DNA of 64,000 nucleotides from a virus (Duplodnaviria; Heunggongvirae; Uroviricota; Caudoviricetes): IMG/VR virus record IMGVR_UViG_3300037067_007156, positions 301,519 to 365,518 of that record; one strand, 5' to 3'. Shown piece by piece: positions 1 to 9,936 of this stretch (position 1 is its first letter; each line of letters starts with the position of its first letter). The notes under the pieces were generated by a model. It saw only the letters and a program-made list of their open reading frames with translations, ran no database searches and was not told where the DNA came from. The position numbers and the translations under genes were made by a program.

Positions 1-1056
1 TATGACAAAGCTTTGTTGTTTATAAATGAGAATGAAGAATTAATTAAAAAATATAATATTGATATTGAATTGTTGAATCAAAATAAATTAGATTCATTTA
101 CGGATATTCAACAGCAGATTCAGACAGTTAAAGAAAATGAAAAAATTTATCGTACGAAATTAACTGAATTGACAACTTCTAAAATTACCAAGACAGAAGA
201 TGGTGTAAGAATAACTGGTGAAGCTAATATTTTGAAAGAAGATGTTGATAAATTAAAAATTTCTAAAGAGAATTTTGAGAGTAGAAAAGATAAAGTAAAT
301 TCTAAAGAAAAATTATTATTGGAAAATGATAATTTATCATTAAAAATAAAAAATGATAAGATGTTGATTGATAAGTATAACAGTCAAAAAGGTAATATAC
401 TTGAAAATGAAGTTATTCAAAAATTAATAGATGAGATTGAAAAAAAGATGGCAGTTGATGATTTTACTATTGAAACTTATAATACTGAAAGGGATAATGT
501 TATAAAAGATATACCACTGGTTGAACTAAATATCAGCAATATTGAAAAGAATATTGAAAAATATAAAGAGCAAATTCGTAAAGATGAAATAAATAAAGCA
601 TATTTAAAAGCGGTTCATCGTGACGGCATTCCAACATACTTATTAAAGAAATCAATTGAATTATTAAATACTGACTTGAATAATTTATTAACTAATGTTG
701 ATTTCACTGTATTTTTTGATGAAGAACTCAAACTGAAATTATCAACAAAAAATCGTTTGGATGTTTCTCAACATGCTATTGAATCATCTGGAAAAGAAAG
801 AACGTTTATTGCAGTTGCTTTAAAAATAGCATTGAGAAAAATAAATACCAACAGTAAATGTGATTTTATTATATTTGATGAAATCATGGGTAAATTATTG
901 AATAATTCCGTTGACCAATTTATTGAATTTTTAACTGATATTTCAAAGAATATTGGAAAATTAATTATCATTGAACATAATCATCCTATACCATACGATG
1001 CTATGATAGAAGTATCAAAAGATGAACGTGGTGTATCCACTTTAACTTTGATGTAA
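1..1056 (+). CDS. Rad50/SbcC (T4 gp46-like) recombination ATPase, C-terminal part, truncated by window start
   Basis: Coiled coil, then ABC signature SSGKERTF, Walker B IIFDEI and H-loop IIEH. Confidence 0.85.
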   Translation, partial: YDKALLFINENEELIKKYNIDIELLNQNKLDSFTDIQQQIQTVKENEKIYRTKLTELTTSKITKTEDGVRITGEANILKEDVDKLKISKENFESRKDKVNSKEKLLLENDNLSLKIKNDKMLIDKYNSQKGNILENEVIQKLIDEIEKKMAVDDFTIETYNTERDNVIKDIPLVELNISNIEKNIEKYKEQIRKDEINKAYLKAVHRDGIPTYLLKKSIELLNTDLNNLLTNVDFTVFFDEELKLKLSTKNRLDVSQHAIESSGKERTFIAVALKIALRKINTNSKCDFIIFDEIMGKLLNNSVDQFIEFLTDISKNIGKLIIIEHNHPIPYDAMIEVSKDERGVSTLTLM

Positions 1057-1424
1057 TGATAAATGATACTGTAAATGATACTGTAAATGATTTAAAATTA
1101 ATTGCAGAAAAATATGGTATAAAGGAATTCGTTAAGGTTGAATCGGGTGACCAATTATGTATATATAACGGGGAAGATTGTTATATAAATAAAAGTTATA
1201 TATGTGGACAAGCCCGGATTGAACTTGGTATATATGAAAATATTGAATTAATGATTATTTCATTTTTTCATGAACTCGGTCATATTGTAAATAGTGTAGG
1301 TGATTTTTATAATTCAGAAGAAAAAGCGTGGAAAATAGGATTTAAATTAGCTGAATCATATGAATATAATTTTTCTGATGAAACACATAAGTGGTGTGAA
1401 GAACAGTTAGCAACATATAAATGA
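1056..1424 (+). CDS. hypothetical protein with HExxH metallopeptidase-like motif
   Basis: FFHELGH followed by EEKAW, an ImmA/IrrE-like pattern. Confidence 0.5.
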   Translation: MINDTVNDTVNDLKLIAEKYGIKEFVKVESGDQLCIYNGEDCYINKSYICGQARIELGIYENIELMIISFFHELGHIVNSVGDFYNSEEKAWKIGFKLAESYEYNFSDETHKWCEEQLATYK

Positions 1425-1456
1425 ACTACTTCTAAATTAATAAATTTAGAGGTTTC
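1421..1456 (-). mobile_element. orphan IS200/IS605-like right-end hairpin remnant
   Basis: Minus strand reads GAAACCTCTAAATTTATTAATTTAGAAGTAGTTCAT, a hairpin plus TCAT end like the TnpB right end at 33354-33388. Confidence 0.45.
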
Positions 1457-1546
1457 AAGAAACTAAACCATTTCTATCTCTTTAGAAACTTCATAGAAGG
1501 TGAATGTTTATTAAAATTGTAACGATTATTTAATAAGTGGTTAATA

Positions 1547-1900
1547 ATGGAAGAAAATATAGATATACTAATTCAAAAAATACAAGAGGCCAGAAACCCA
1601 AAATATTTTTTATGGAATATTATTAAAAATGTTGAATTTTTTGTTGCTAAATATAATTCTAATATTTTAATCGGAAAAAAAGATGGTGTTATTTATTTTA
1701 ATTACGATGAAAAAAATCACGTTTTATATTATTCTTATGATAAAATCTATCAAATTTTATCATCAAAATACCATCTTAATGTATTGAAAGCTAATGAATT
1801 AGTAATGGATATGGTGAGTAAACATTTCAAATTAAGGGTGGACACAACAACAGAACACAGGTCTATGCGCTGGTTTTTGGTGAATAAACACTTCAAGTGA
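1547..1900 (+). CDS. hypothetical protein with C-terminal direct repeat (VSKHFK/VNKHFK)
   Basis: ORF with 19-nt repeats at 1812-1830 and 1878-1896. Confidence 0.6.
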   Translation: MEENIDILIQKIQEARNPKYFLWNIIKNVEFFVAKYNSNILIGKKDGVIYFNYDEKNHVLYYSYDKIYQILSSKYHLNVLKANELVMDMVSKHFKLRVDTTTEHRSMRWFLVNKHFK

Positions 1901-2053
1901 ATGAAAATTACGTAGTTCATAATATTGATATGTCATAGAAAAACAATGTTAAAATAGGATTTAAAATTTAAAACTTTTTTCATTTTAATATTATATATTT
2001 AGTATAAAATTTTTAATAAAATTATAAATAATTTTCAATAAAAATATTTTGAT

Positions 2054-2332
2054 ATGGAAGATAAAAATTTGAGTGAAAAATTCGATAAAAAAGAACCTAT
2101 TACTATAACTTTACCACATAAATGGAACGAAGAAGTTTATTTCATGAATGAAAATATAATTCATCAAGGTAAAATAATAGGATTTTCATGTAATGGTCAA
2201 TTTGGTGATGTGTATATAACGTCTTATGATATTATTGAATCATATGATGGTGAAGTTGGAAGATGTATTGAAATAAATAGTGAATTTATTTTTTCATCAA
2301 GAGAAGAATTAATAAAGAAATTATTAGGTTAA
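2054..2332 (+). CDS. hypothetical protein
   Basis: ORF with typical phage composition. Confidence 0.65.
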   Translation: MEDKNLSEKFDKKEPITITLPHKWNEEVYFMNENIIHQGKIIGFSCNGQFGDVYITSYDIIESYDGEVGRCIEINSEFIFSSREELIKKLLG

Positions 2333-2359
2333 TATATAAACAAAAATAATATAATAAAA

Positions 2360-2494
2360 ATGGGAAAAGATAAAAAAGAAAAACAGATTAAAAAACTGGA
2401 ACATAATATTAAAGAGTTTGAAAAAACAAACCCTAATAAAGCAAATCATCTAAAAGGAAAATTAGCTTCGAAAAGAGGAAAAATAAAAAAGTAA
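2360..2494 (+). CDS. small basic protein (44 aa), not in ORF track
   Basis: MGKDKKEKQIKKLEH...KRGKIKK*, preceded by TAATATATA at 2330-2338. Confidence 0.55.
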   Translation: MGKDKKEKQIKKLEHNIKEFEKTNPNKANHLKGKLASKRGKIKK

Positions 2495-2505
2495 TTTTTT
2501 AAGAT

Positions 2506-2513
2506 TACTTTTG
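2506..2513 (+). promoter_or_regulatory. Bacteroidota-type -7 promoter element (TAnnTTTG)
   Basis: TACTTTTG just upstream of the ATG at 2521, at the head of the 2521-8091 gene run. Confidence 0.5.
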
Positions 2514-2520
2514 TTTTAGT

Positions 2521-3111
2521 ATGGAAAATAAAAAAATACAATATTCCGATTTTTATGAATATTTTGTGAGTACGGTAAAAATTAAAAATCATTTATTTTT
2601 CACACCAAGACAAGTTGGTATGTCAACATGTGGTATAAATTATATACTTAAATATTGTAATGATAATAAGGTTAATGGCGTGTATTTTTATCCAAATGAA
2701 AAACATACTGATAATTTTTCAGGTAAGAGATTTATTGATTGGTGTGGTTGGGTGATATATAAAAAAAATATTCTTAGAAAAAATGGTAATACAATTTATA
2801 TTACCAGTAAGTATGATGAAATTGTGCGTAGTTATAATAGTTTAAAAATAAAAATATTTATTTTTGATGACTTTTCTTATAAACAAAATTTTATAGATAT
2901 CATTCCTTTTTTAGATGATGAAAATGTTAAATGTATATTTTTAGAAACAAATGATGAAAAAAAATACAATGATGTTAAACAAATTTATAAAAATATACTA
3001 AATGATAAAAGAATGGTTTTACATTATTTAACAATAAATGATTTTTTGAATATTAAAAAACTTAGTAGAAAAAGTAAGATAGAAGAAATTTTTGGTGATA
3101 ATTTAATATAA
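2521..3111 (+). CDS. hypothetical protein, degenerate P-loop/terminase-ATPase-like, with C-terminal RxxKIxxIF tag
   Basis: PRQVGMST and IFIFDD resemble Walker A and B; ends SRKSKIEEIFGDNLI. Confidence 0.55.
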   Translation: MENKKIQYSDFYEYFVSTVKIKNHLFFTPRQVGMSTCGINYILKYCNDNKVNGVYFYPNEKHTDNFSGKRFIDWCGWVIYKKNILRKNGNTIYITSKYDEIVRSYNSLKIKIFIFDDFSYKQNFIDIIPFLDDENVKCIFLETNDEKKYNDVKQIYKNILNDKRMVLHYLTINDFLNIKKLSRKSKIEEIFGDNLI

Positions 3112-3122
3112 AAAAAATAACA

Positions 3123-3368
3123 ATGGCAGCAACAAGAGATGATGTGAATCGCTGGATTGAAACCGCTAAAGCTCACGGTTCAAAATTTATTTTATCAGTG
3201 TGTGATACATTTGATTATGATGATTATCCAGTGTATTGTGACAATTTAAAGGAAGTTGAAGAAGAATATCAACACCATCATGGTGTTAATATGCAATGGG
3301 TGAATGAAATTATTCGAATTAATGATAATGGTACGATTGATGAAAATTTGAACATTTTAACACTATAA
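3123..3368 (+). CDS. hypothetical phage protein
   Basis: ORF with VCDTFDYDDYPVY motif. Confidence 0.7.
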   Translation: MAATRDDVNRWIETAKAHGSKFILSVCDTFDYDDYPVYCDNLKEVEEEYQHHHGVNMQWVNEIIRINDNGTIDENLNILTL

Positions 3369-3385
3369 AAATAAAAATATTTTAG

Positions 3386-4513
3386 ATGAAGAATCAAATA
3401 ATTAATTTACCTAACGAAACTGATTTATCAGGTTTTTATATTATACATCGTGGTTCTACTTTAAATGAAAAAAAAGGTATACGTGGTATTAGTCATTTAA
3501 TGGAACATTTAGTTTGTAAAAGTATTGATACATTCTTAGATGATTTTAGTCGGGATGGTATAGAATGGAATGCGTTTACATCCAATGATGTTGTAACTTT
3601 TGAGTTTCAAGGTTTGGAAGAAAAACTGGATAAATACCGAGATAAAATTATTGAACGTTTATCTGTATTTAATATTACAAAAGATGAATATGAAAATGAA
3701 AAGAAAATAGTTATCGAGGAATATAGGGACACTTTTAATGAACAAACTATTGCTCATTTTTATAATTTATTTCGAAAATATTTTGATAATTATGGCCCGA
3801 TAGGTGATATTTCTGATTTAAAAAAACTGACATATGAAGATTGTAAAAAATATTTTGAAATTCAATTCAAACATCCAAGTTTAATAATTAATGTTTCGAA
3901 AAGTAAGATATATGAAAATAAAAATATAAAATTTGCTGAGGACGCTGATAAGTATTATACTTATTACGAATTTATCAACAATAATAAAAATTTTGTTCAA
4001 CAAAAATCTAATATATTTAAAGATAAATCTTCAATATTATATTTTTCAAATATTTTATTAGATGATTTTTATAATGTAGCTTTCATTATAAACATGTTAG
4101 GTCTGGGATTACAAGCACCTTTATATTCTGAACTTAGAGAAAAACGTGGATTAGTATATTTTGTCCAATGTGATATAGAAAAAATGACAGATACCTGTGG
4201 TTTTATATTTATTCATACATTAACATCCAATGAAAATGTAAAAGAATTAAAGGAAGTATTAGATGAAATATTAGACAATCCAAAAAAATATTTAACAAAA
4301 GAACGTTTTAATGTTATTAAAGATTCTTTAATAACCAAATTTAAGAAAGAAAATATTGAAAGATATAAACATATAGAACATTATTATATGCCCGATAATT
4401 GGAATATAGAAAAATATATAGATGATATTAAATTTGAAGATATTTTTGATATATACGATAAATATTTTAAGACTTGGATAAAAAGTGTTGACAAGGACGA
4501 ATTTAAAAAATAA
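3386..4513 (+). CDS. M16 family (insulinase-like) zinc peptidase
   Basis: Inverted zincin motif HLMEH, NAFTS, and C-domain LYSELREKRGLVY. Confidence 0.9.
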   Translation: MKNQIINLPNETDLSGFYIIHRGSTLNEKKGIRGISHLMEHLVCKSIDTFLDDFSRDGIEWNAFTSNDVVTFEFQGLEEKLDKYRDKIIERLSVFNITKDEYENEKKIVIEEYRDTFNEQTIAHFYNLFRKYFDNYGPIGDISDLKKLTYEDCKKYFEIQFKHPSLIINVSKSKIYENKNIKFAEDADKYYTYYEFINNNKNFVQQKSNIFKDKSSILYFSNILLDDFYNVAFIINMLGLGLQAPLYSELREKRGLVYFVQCDIEKMTDTCGFIFIHTLTSNENVKELKEVLDEILDNPKKYLTKERFNVIKDSLITKFKKENIERYKHIEHYYMPDNWNIEKYIDDIKFEDIFDIYDKYFKTWIKSVDKDEFKK

Positions 4514-4920
4514 TGATTATGAAATTAGATTTAAACAAGTATCATAATTTGGCATTAGAAACCAAAGAATTATTGAAGCTTAAAGAAATCGAAGAATCTG
4601 AAAAACAAAAGAAATCAGATGAAGAGAAAGAGTGTTTGAGAATTAACTCAATTAAGTTAAAAGCTAAGGAATATTATGATAAAATTCCTGAATTATGTGA
4701 GAAAGCTGCTAAAAGAGGTGATTTATTTTTTGTTTTATATTCTGAAGAAAGAAAAAATGAATATAATGATATCTTACATGAACTGAAAAAATTACTTGAA
4801 GTAAATAATATAGAATACGAAATTTATACTAAACATTACCATGATGAAGGTTGTAACGCTAATGATGCTTATATACCACCTCGTGATTATTATTGGATTG
4901 AGTTAGTAATTAATTTTTAA
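4513..4920 (+). CDS. hypothetical protein
   Basis: ORF coupled to the upstream stop (TAATG). Confidence 0.65.
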   Translation: MIMKLDLNKYHNLALETKELLKLKEIEESEKQKKSDEEKECLRINSIKLKAKEYYDKIPELCEKAAKRGDLFFVLYSEERKNEYNDILHELKKLLEVNNIEYEIYTKHYHDEGCNANDAYIPPRDYYWIELVINF

Positions 4921-4923
4921 ATT

Positions 4924-5142
4924 ATGATAGAAAAATGTCCAATATGTAATAATTATAGTTTGATTAAAATGCCACATGGGAAAATCATGAAAGAGCATTT
5001 TGGAAGTATGTTACACATTGCCGACGAATATTCTTTTGATTGTTTAAGTAAAGGTTGTGGATATAAATCAGAAACGGTTCGGGAATATACAGAAATAGGT
5101 AAAAAGTTACTATTACCTTGGTGGAAACGTTTGTTTGTATGA
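4924..5142 (+). CDS. small zinc-ribbon protein with amphipathic C-terminus
   Basis: CPIC...CLSKGC; ends PWWKRLFV. Confidence 0.6.
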   Translation: MIEKCPICNNYSLIKMPHGKIMKEHFGSMLHIADEYSFDCLSKGCGYKSETVREYTEIGKKLLLPWWKRLFV

Positions 5143-5236
5143 TATTCATTTTTTATTTATTTAACTGAATTTCGTAAACAAAAATATTAAACATTTTAAA
5201 TGTTTTGTAATATAATAAGTAAATAAAAAATTTTAT

Positions 5237-5530
5237 ATGAAAAGTACGGTTATTAATTCGAAAACTATCGCTGAAAAGAAACAGCGAAAATATAACATAC
5301 CTGTTATAGCTCATTTCAAAGATAAATCTATCCGATTTAATTCTATTACTGAAGCTGAAAATTTTGTGGATGCTAATTACCATTTAATTTACGAGGCTTG
5401 TATCGGGAAAATAAAAATAGCTGGCGGTGCTTATTGGGAATATGAAAGTGGTACTGATTATATTAAATATAAGGCTATTTCTATTAGGTATCAACAAAAA
5501 TACACAAGAGTCACTGGATTCAATGGATGA
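5237..5530 (+). CDS. NUMOD1-like DNA-binding domain protein
   Basis: FNSITEAE...IYEACIGK..IAGGAYWEY pattern. Confidence 0.65.
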   Translation: MKSTVINSKTIAEKKQRKYNIPVIAHFKDKSIRFNSITEAENFVDANYHLIYEACIGKIKIAGGAYWEYESGTDYIKYKAISIRYQQKYTRVTGFNG

Positions 5531-5747
5531 TTCTAATATATCGTTAGAAAGTGAATTGTTAGGGATGACATGGTGGTATATTAATAAACCTGTAAAACCA
5601 CATGAGTATGACGCATATTATGATACAGATAAACAAACATGTTATATTTATTATAACGACGAATGGATAATATTTAGTACAGTTCTTACAAAAAAACATG
5701 AAAGATATTTGAAACTAAAGATACTTGGATTTGATGAAAATGATTAA
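5523..5747 (+). CDS. hypothetical protein with variant C-terminal tag
   Basis: Likely starts at MDDS, overlapping the upstream stop; ends ERYLKLKILGFDEND. Confidence 0.55.
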   Translation: MDDSNISLESELLGMTWWYINKPVKPHEYDAYYDTDKQTCYIYYNDEWIIFSTVLTKKHERYLKLKILGFDEND

Positions 5748-5778
5748 AAATTTCAAATTTTGAATAAAGCACAAAATA

Positions 5779-6003
5779 ATGGGAAAAATATTAAAAAACG
5801 ATGAAATAAAGAAAAATGAACACGTTCTTTATTCTGAATCATATGAAGTTAAATTTACTTTTCAAAAACCAGATGGTTTTTGGGAACAGAGATATGAGAT
5901 GTATTATGGTAAATCTAAAGGAGAACATGAATATGTTGTAAATCGATGGAAAACCGATTATAAAAAACAAAACGTGAGATTCATTTCAGTAAATTATCAA
6001 TAA
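5779..6003 (+). CDS. hypothetical protein
   Basis: ORF within operon. Confidence 0.6.
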   Translation: MGKILKNDEIKKNEHVLYSESYEVKFTFQKPDGFWEQRYEMYYGKSKGEHEYVVNRWKTDYKKQNVRFISVNYQ

Positions 6004-6025
6004 TCATTAAAATTTAAAATGTTTT

Positions 6026-6259
6026 GTGTTGAAAAATCCCCAAATTATTGAATATTCAGTCAAAATACAACCATATCATTCTATATTTAAAGTGGGGGAT
6101 ATAATTGAAATTGTAGGTAATATTCCATTCAATTTGAAAGATAAACCAAAACCCATACTTGGAAAAATTATAAGTATAGATGGGTTTTATGTAATGATTA
6201 AACCTAAATATCAACGATATGTTTGTGAATGTTATAAGAATGAGATAGTAAAACATTAA
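6026..6259 (+). CDS. hypothetical protein, KOW/SH3-like FKVGD motif
   Basis: FKVGDIIEI. Confidence 0.55.
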   Translation: MLKNPQIIEYSVKIQPYHSIFKVGDIIEIVGNIPFNLKDKPKPILGKIISIDGFYVMIKPKYQRYVCECYKNEIVKH

Positions 6260-6268
6260 AATACTTAT

Positions 6269-6448
6269 ATGAAATTTAAATTAGAAAATCCTAAAAGACG
6301 AATGAATGACGCTTGTGTTGTTCAATGTCCAGAATATTGTCCATCTGGTTATTTCATTGCAACGTGGAATGGTAAAATATGGGAAACTGATTGTGGTGAA
6401 AATATTACAGAGTGGGTTGTAGGCTGGTTAGCCATTAAAGTTAAATAA
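6269..6448 (+). CDS. hypothetical protein (59 aa), not in ORF track
   Basis: MKFKLENPKRR...WVVGWLAIKVK* fills the gap in the operon. Confidence 0.6.
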   Translation: MKFKLENPKRRMNDACVVQCPEYCPSGYFIATWNGKIWETDCGENITEWVVGWLAIKVK

Positions 6449-6454
6449 TTATTT

Positions 6455-6787
6455 ATGTTTAAGGTTGGTGATGTTGTAACTTGTGCTATTAATTATTCTA
6501 TTATACGATATGTTGAAAATGGTGTGTATATAAGAGGTATAGAAGATGATATTAAAAATATCAATGTGAAATGTGATTATAATGTTTTAGAAATAGATTG
6601 TGAAAAAGATATAACCGTTCTTGAAACTATTATAAAACAATCATCATTATCGTATTTATTATCAAGTTTAAATTATCCAAAATTAATTAGATTGAAAGAA
6701 TTCCCTAATAAAGTATATATGAGTAAACGTTTTAAATTAAATGTCAGAGAAACAAGAAAGAAAAAAATCGAAGATATATTAAGATGA
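6455..6787 (+). CDS. FKVGD-family paralog 1 with C-terminal tag
   Basis: MFKVGDVVTC...LKEFPNK...ETRKKKIEDILR. Confidence 0.75.
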   Translation: MFKVGDVVTCAINYSIIRYVENGVYIRGIEDDIKNINVKCDYNVLEIDCEKDITVLETIIKQSSLSYLLSSLNYPKLIRLKEFPNKVYMSKRFKLNVRETRKKKIEDILR

Positions 6788-7110
6788 ATATGCAAATGTT
6801 TCAAGTCGGTGATATCGTAACATGTATTAATTGTGCAGAAGAACATGGTATTTACAATCCTGTAACACATCAATATAAAGTACCAATACCAGATTGTTAT
6901 CAGCTATTAACATTGGGTGTGGATTATACAGTGTCATCAATTTTAAAACAAATACATAATGTGTTTATTATTGATATGATTACTTTAGAAGAATTTCCTA
7001 ATAAAGAATTTGATGATTTTACACTATTCACAAAACAAATATTTAATGCTGATAGATTTGAAATAAATATAAAAGAAACAAGAAAGAAGAAAATTAAAAG
7101 TTTAGAGTGA
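6784..7110 (+). CDS. FKVGD-family paralog 2 with C-terminal tag
   Basis: MFQVGDIVTC...LEEFPNK...[11 protein letters not shown]. Confidence 0.75.
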   Translation: MNMQMFQVGDIVTCINCAEEHGIYNPVTHQYKVPIPDCYQLLTLGVDYTVSSILKQIHNVFIIDMITLEEFPNKEFDDFTLFTKQIFNADRFEINIKETRKKKIKSLE

Positions 7111-7436
7111 TGCAAGAATTTAAAGTTGGAGATATAGTAACATTCGCTATTTCAGTAGATTTCGCTGAAACTCAATTTTATGTAATAAAAGATAATTATA
7201 GACTTTTATCATGGTGTGAAAATTATACTGTATTAAGAGATTGTTCATGTGATGATATGGTATTAGAATCTTTCGAATTAAGAATATTATCCAATGGAAG
7301 ACATCTTGAAACACCACAAATAATAAGTTTAAAAGAATTTCCAGATAAAATATTCATAGCTGAACGTTTTCATTTAGATAAAAAGGCAAATCTATTGAAA
7401 GATAGAAAAGAAAAAATAGATGAAATACTATCTTAA
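7107..7436 (+). CDS. FKVGD-family paralog 3 with C-terminal tag
   Basis: FKVGDIVTF...LKEFPDK...[11 protein letters not shown]. Confidence 0.75.
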   Translation: MMQEFKVGDIVTFAISVDFAETQFYVIKDNYRLLSWCENYTVLRDCSCDDMVLESFELRILSNGRHLETPQIISLKEFPDKIFIAERFHLDKKANLLKDRKEKIDEILS

Positions 7437-7453
7437 AAAACAAAAATTTACGA

Positions 7454-7888
7454 ATGCAGATAAAAATTGTAAATAAATCAAAACATGTGTTACCAGAGTA
7501 TGCTACTATTTTAAGTGCAGGAATGGATTTAAGAGCTGATATTGATAGTGATATCATATTAGCACCAATGGAAAGGAAGTTAATACCAACTAATTTATTT
7601 ATTGAATTACCAGAAGGTGTTGAAGGACAAGTAAGACCTCGGAGTGGTTTGGCATTAAAGGAAGGTATAACTGTACTTAATGCTCCAGGCACGGTGGATG
7701 CGGATTTCAGGGGGTCTATCGGTGTAATCCTTATTAATTTATCACTTAACCCATATGTTATTGTCGATGGTCATAGAATTGCTCAGTTTGTTATAGCTAA
7801 ACATGAGAAAGCCGAATGGTTAGAAGTTGAAGTTTTAAGCGAAACAGTACGAGGTGAAGGTGGTTATAATTCAACAGGTATAAAATAA
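7454..7888 (+). CDS. dut: dUTPase (trimeric)
   Basis: Motifs [25 protein letters not shown] and [10 protein letters not shown]. Confidence 0.97.
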   Translation: MQIKIVNKSKHVLPEYATILSAGMDLRADIDSDIILAPMERKLIPTNLFIELPEGVEGQVRPRSGLALKEGITVLNAPGTVDADFRGSIGVILINLSLNPYVIVDGHRIAQFVIAKHEKAEWLEVEVLSETVRGEGGYNSTGIK

Positions 7889-8091
7889 TGTTAAGTTCGA
7901 AATTATATTATTCTTGGAGTGTAGAAGAAGATAAAAAACTTTTAGAGTTACGTAATAACTCTAAAAGTTTTTATTTTATAGCTAATAAAATGCATCGAAC
8001 TAAAGAATCGGTTAGAACAAGATATTGGAAATTAATACGAGAACAAAGAAAACAACACAAAGATTATAGATTTATAGGAAGATATATCTAA
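7888..8091 (+). CDS. Myb/SANT-like helix-turn-helix protein
   Basis: WSVEEDKKLLEL...IANKMHRTKESVRTRY. Confidence 0.65.
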   Translation: MLSSKLYYSWSVEEDKKLLELRNNSKSFYFIANKMHRTKESVRTRYWKLIREQRKQHKDYRFIGRYI

Positions 8092-8094
8092 AGA

Positions 8095-8120
8095 AAAAAG
8101 TCACTTTATAGTGACTTTTT
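8095..8120. terminator. intrinsic terminator hairpin
   Basis: AAAAAGTCAC-TTTATA-GTGACTTTTT. Confidence 0.75.
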
Positions 8121-8322
8121 AGAAATATATTTTTTAAGTTAAAATTCTTCTAATATTAAAAGATAATGTAGCAGATGAACCAGTGTTAGTTGTTGTCCAC
8201 ACCAAATAAATCAAATTATTTGATACAAGTTTAGTAAAAACAACGCCAGTTATATTAAAATATAAAATATTTAATATATTTTGTTAATTTTGTTTATATA
8301 AAAATAATAGATAAATAATATT

Positions 8323-8817
8323 ATGGTGTTCATTTTTAAAGTCAGATGTTTAGTTAATAAATATAAAGAAATAAAATATGGTTCTATATATACTGTTGCC
8401 GTTATTGATAATTTAAATAAAAAAATATCACTTATAGGTAAGTCTGGGAATTTTAAACAACAATACTTTTTACCATTAGAACAAAAAGAATATAAAAGAT
8501 ACCCTATTCGTTATCGTTTCAATTATTTTAATGAACATAATTTAGTTAAACATAAAACAGCGTTAGCTTTAGTTGATGCTGGTGGAATAAAAGCAGGTAC
8601 ATGTTATGAAGCTAAACCTGTTTATTACCACAATCATGTAGATGATAGAAAGATTGATATTTATATCGATGAAATTTATTATGAAATATCATCATCCTTT
8701 TTTAGAGTATTGGATGAATATGAATCCAAAACATACTCTCGAAAATCTAAAATTGAATATATATTTAAAGAAGAAAAAAAGAAAGATGATGATTTTTTCT
8801 TTAAGTTAACTAAATGA
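8323..8817 (+). CDS. hypothetical protein with C-terminal tag, possibly related to 40836-41318
   Basis: Contains SRKSKIEYIF near the end. Confidence 0.65.
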   Translation: MVFIFKVRCLVNKYKEIKYGSIYTVAVIDNLNKKISLIGKSGNFKQQYFLPLEQKEYKRYPIRYRFNYFNEHNLVKHKTALALVDAGGIKAGTCYEAKPVYYHNHVDDRKIDIYIDEIYYEISSSFFRVLDEYESKTYSRKSKIEYIFKEEKKKDDDFFFKLTK

Positions 8818-9001
8818 TTTTTCTGTTCAATTTATCTTGTAAACACTCATCACAAATAGATATTTCTAACATCATTCCATCAAATTTACTACCATAAGAC
8901 GCAACAATTTGTTCTGTGAAACCACCATTAACTAATGTAGTAATATTAGTTTCTGGATATAAAAATTCAAGCTCTTTTTCACAAACGATACAACGTTTCA
9001 T
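8810..9001 (-). CDS. small zinc-finger protein
   Basis: CIVC...ICDEC. Confidence 0.65.
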   Translation of the reverse strand: MKRCIVCEKELEFLYPETNITTLVNGGFTEQIVASYGSKFDGMMLEISICDECLQDKLNRKII

Positions 9002-9462
9002 TGTTTTAATAATTCTTTTTTAAGATTAAAAATGAAAATTCGAAGTGTATCAACTTGTGCTTCATTATAAATGTTTAAATATTTTAATTTGATATATTCA
9101 TCATCATTAGTCAATTCTTCTGATTTCTCAGTACCTTCTTTTTTCTGTATCGCACTTTTAATTGTGATATTTTTTATTTCCACTTCGTCTTTTTGAAGAT
9201 ATGTTTCAAATAAAACATCTTTAAGTAACTGAATTCTATCTATTCCTTTGTTCTCTATATTTAGTAGATAAGTCTTTCCATCGGGAAGATTGTAAGATAC
9301 ATAAGTATTTTTATTAATAGTTATGGTATCTATATTTTGTTCTATTTTGATATACTTATCAGAGATAAATTTTTTGTATTGTAGAGGAAAATATGCAAAC
9401 ACAAACAATGTCGCTGCTACAAGAACAACCAGAATAATTTTGTTTAATAAATTAAGTTTCAT
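8998..9462 (-). CDS. membrane-anchored hypothetical protein
   Basis: N-terminal hydrophobic helix; TATTTTTG upstream at 9486-9493 on the minus strand. Confidence 0.65.
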   Translation of the reverse strand: MKLNLLNKIILVVLVAATLFVFAYFPLQYKKFISDKYIKIEQNIDTITINKNTYVSYNLPDGKTYLLNIENKGIDRIQLLKDVLFETYLQKDEVEIKNITIKSAIQKKEGTEKSEELTNDDEYIKLKYLNIYNEAQVDTLRIFIFNLKKELLKQ

Positions 9463-9573
9463 GTTATTTTTATTTGATTACGCATCAAAAATAATAAAAA
9501 AAATTAATATATAATACAAGAAAATATTAAAATATTAAAAATATGCCGTAAATAGGACTGTTTAGTTTTCGGT

Positions 9574-9608
9574 GACCACAACAAATTCGCTACTTGTTGT
9601 GGTTTTTT
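9574..9608 (+). terminator. hairpin with U-tract
   Basis: ACCACAACAA-ATTCGCTAC-TTGTTGTGGT followed by TTTTT. Confidence 0.6.
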
Positions 9609-9936
9609 GTTTATTTTATATGAAAAAATAAAATTTGGTGATATGTGTTCAGCCAAACGTAGTCTTCATTGTCACTGAAGTTTGTGTTTGGCTGAACTTA
9701 ATTATTCAACTTTGTATTCGTAATGACTACCACACGTAAAGCATATGTCATGTTGAGTAGTATCTTTACCTATTATATTTTGAAAATTAATATGTCCTTT
9801 CTGACAAAACCATCTAATAGAATATGCTTTTTAATTCTTCTTCTATATGAGCTTGCTTGGCTTTTTTGTAAATGTCTTTCATTTTTATAAAAAGTTAAAA
9901 AGTATATTCATTAATATATCCAGAAAATTAGATGTT

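Noticed and set aside
1061-1091. 12-bp tandem repeat AAATGATACTGT
   Set aside because: About 2.5 copies encoding NDTV NDTV; most likely simple slippage.
9698-9882. Possible programmed frameshift in a short minus-strand ORF (MKDIYKK...)
   Set aside because: Only an A5 run with no supporting signal; more likely decay or sequencing error.
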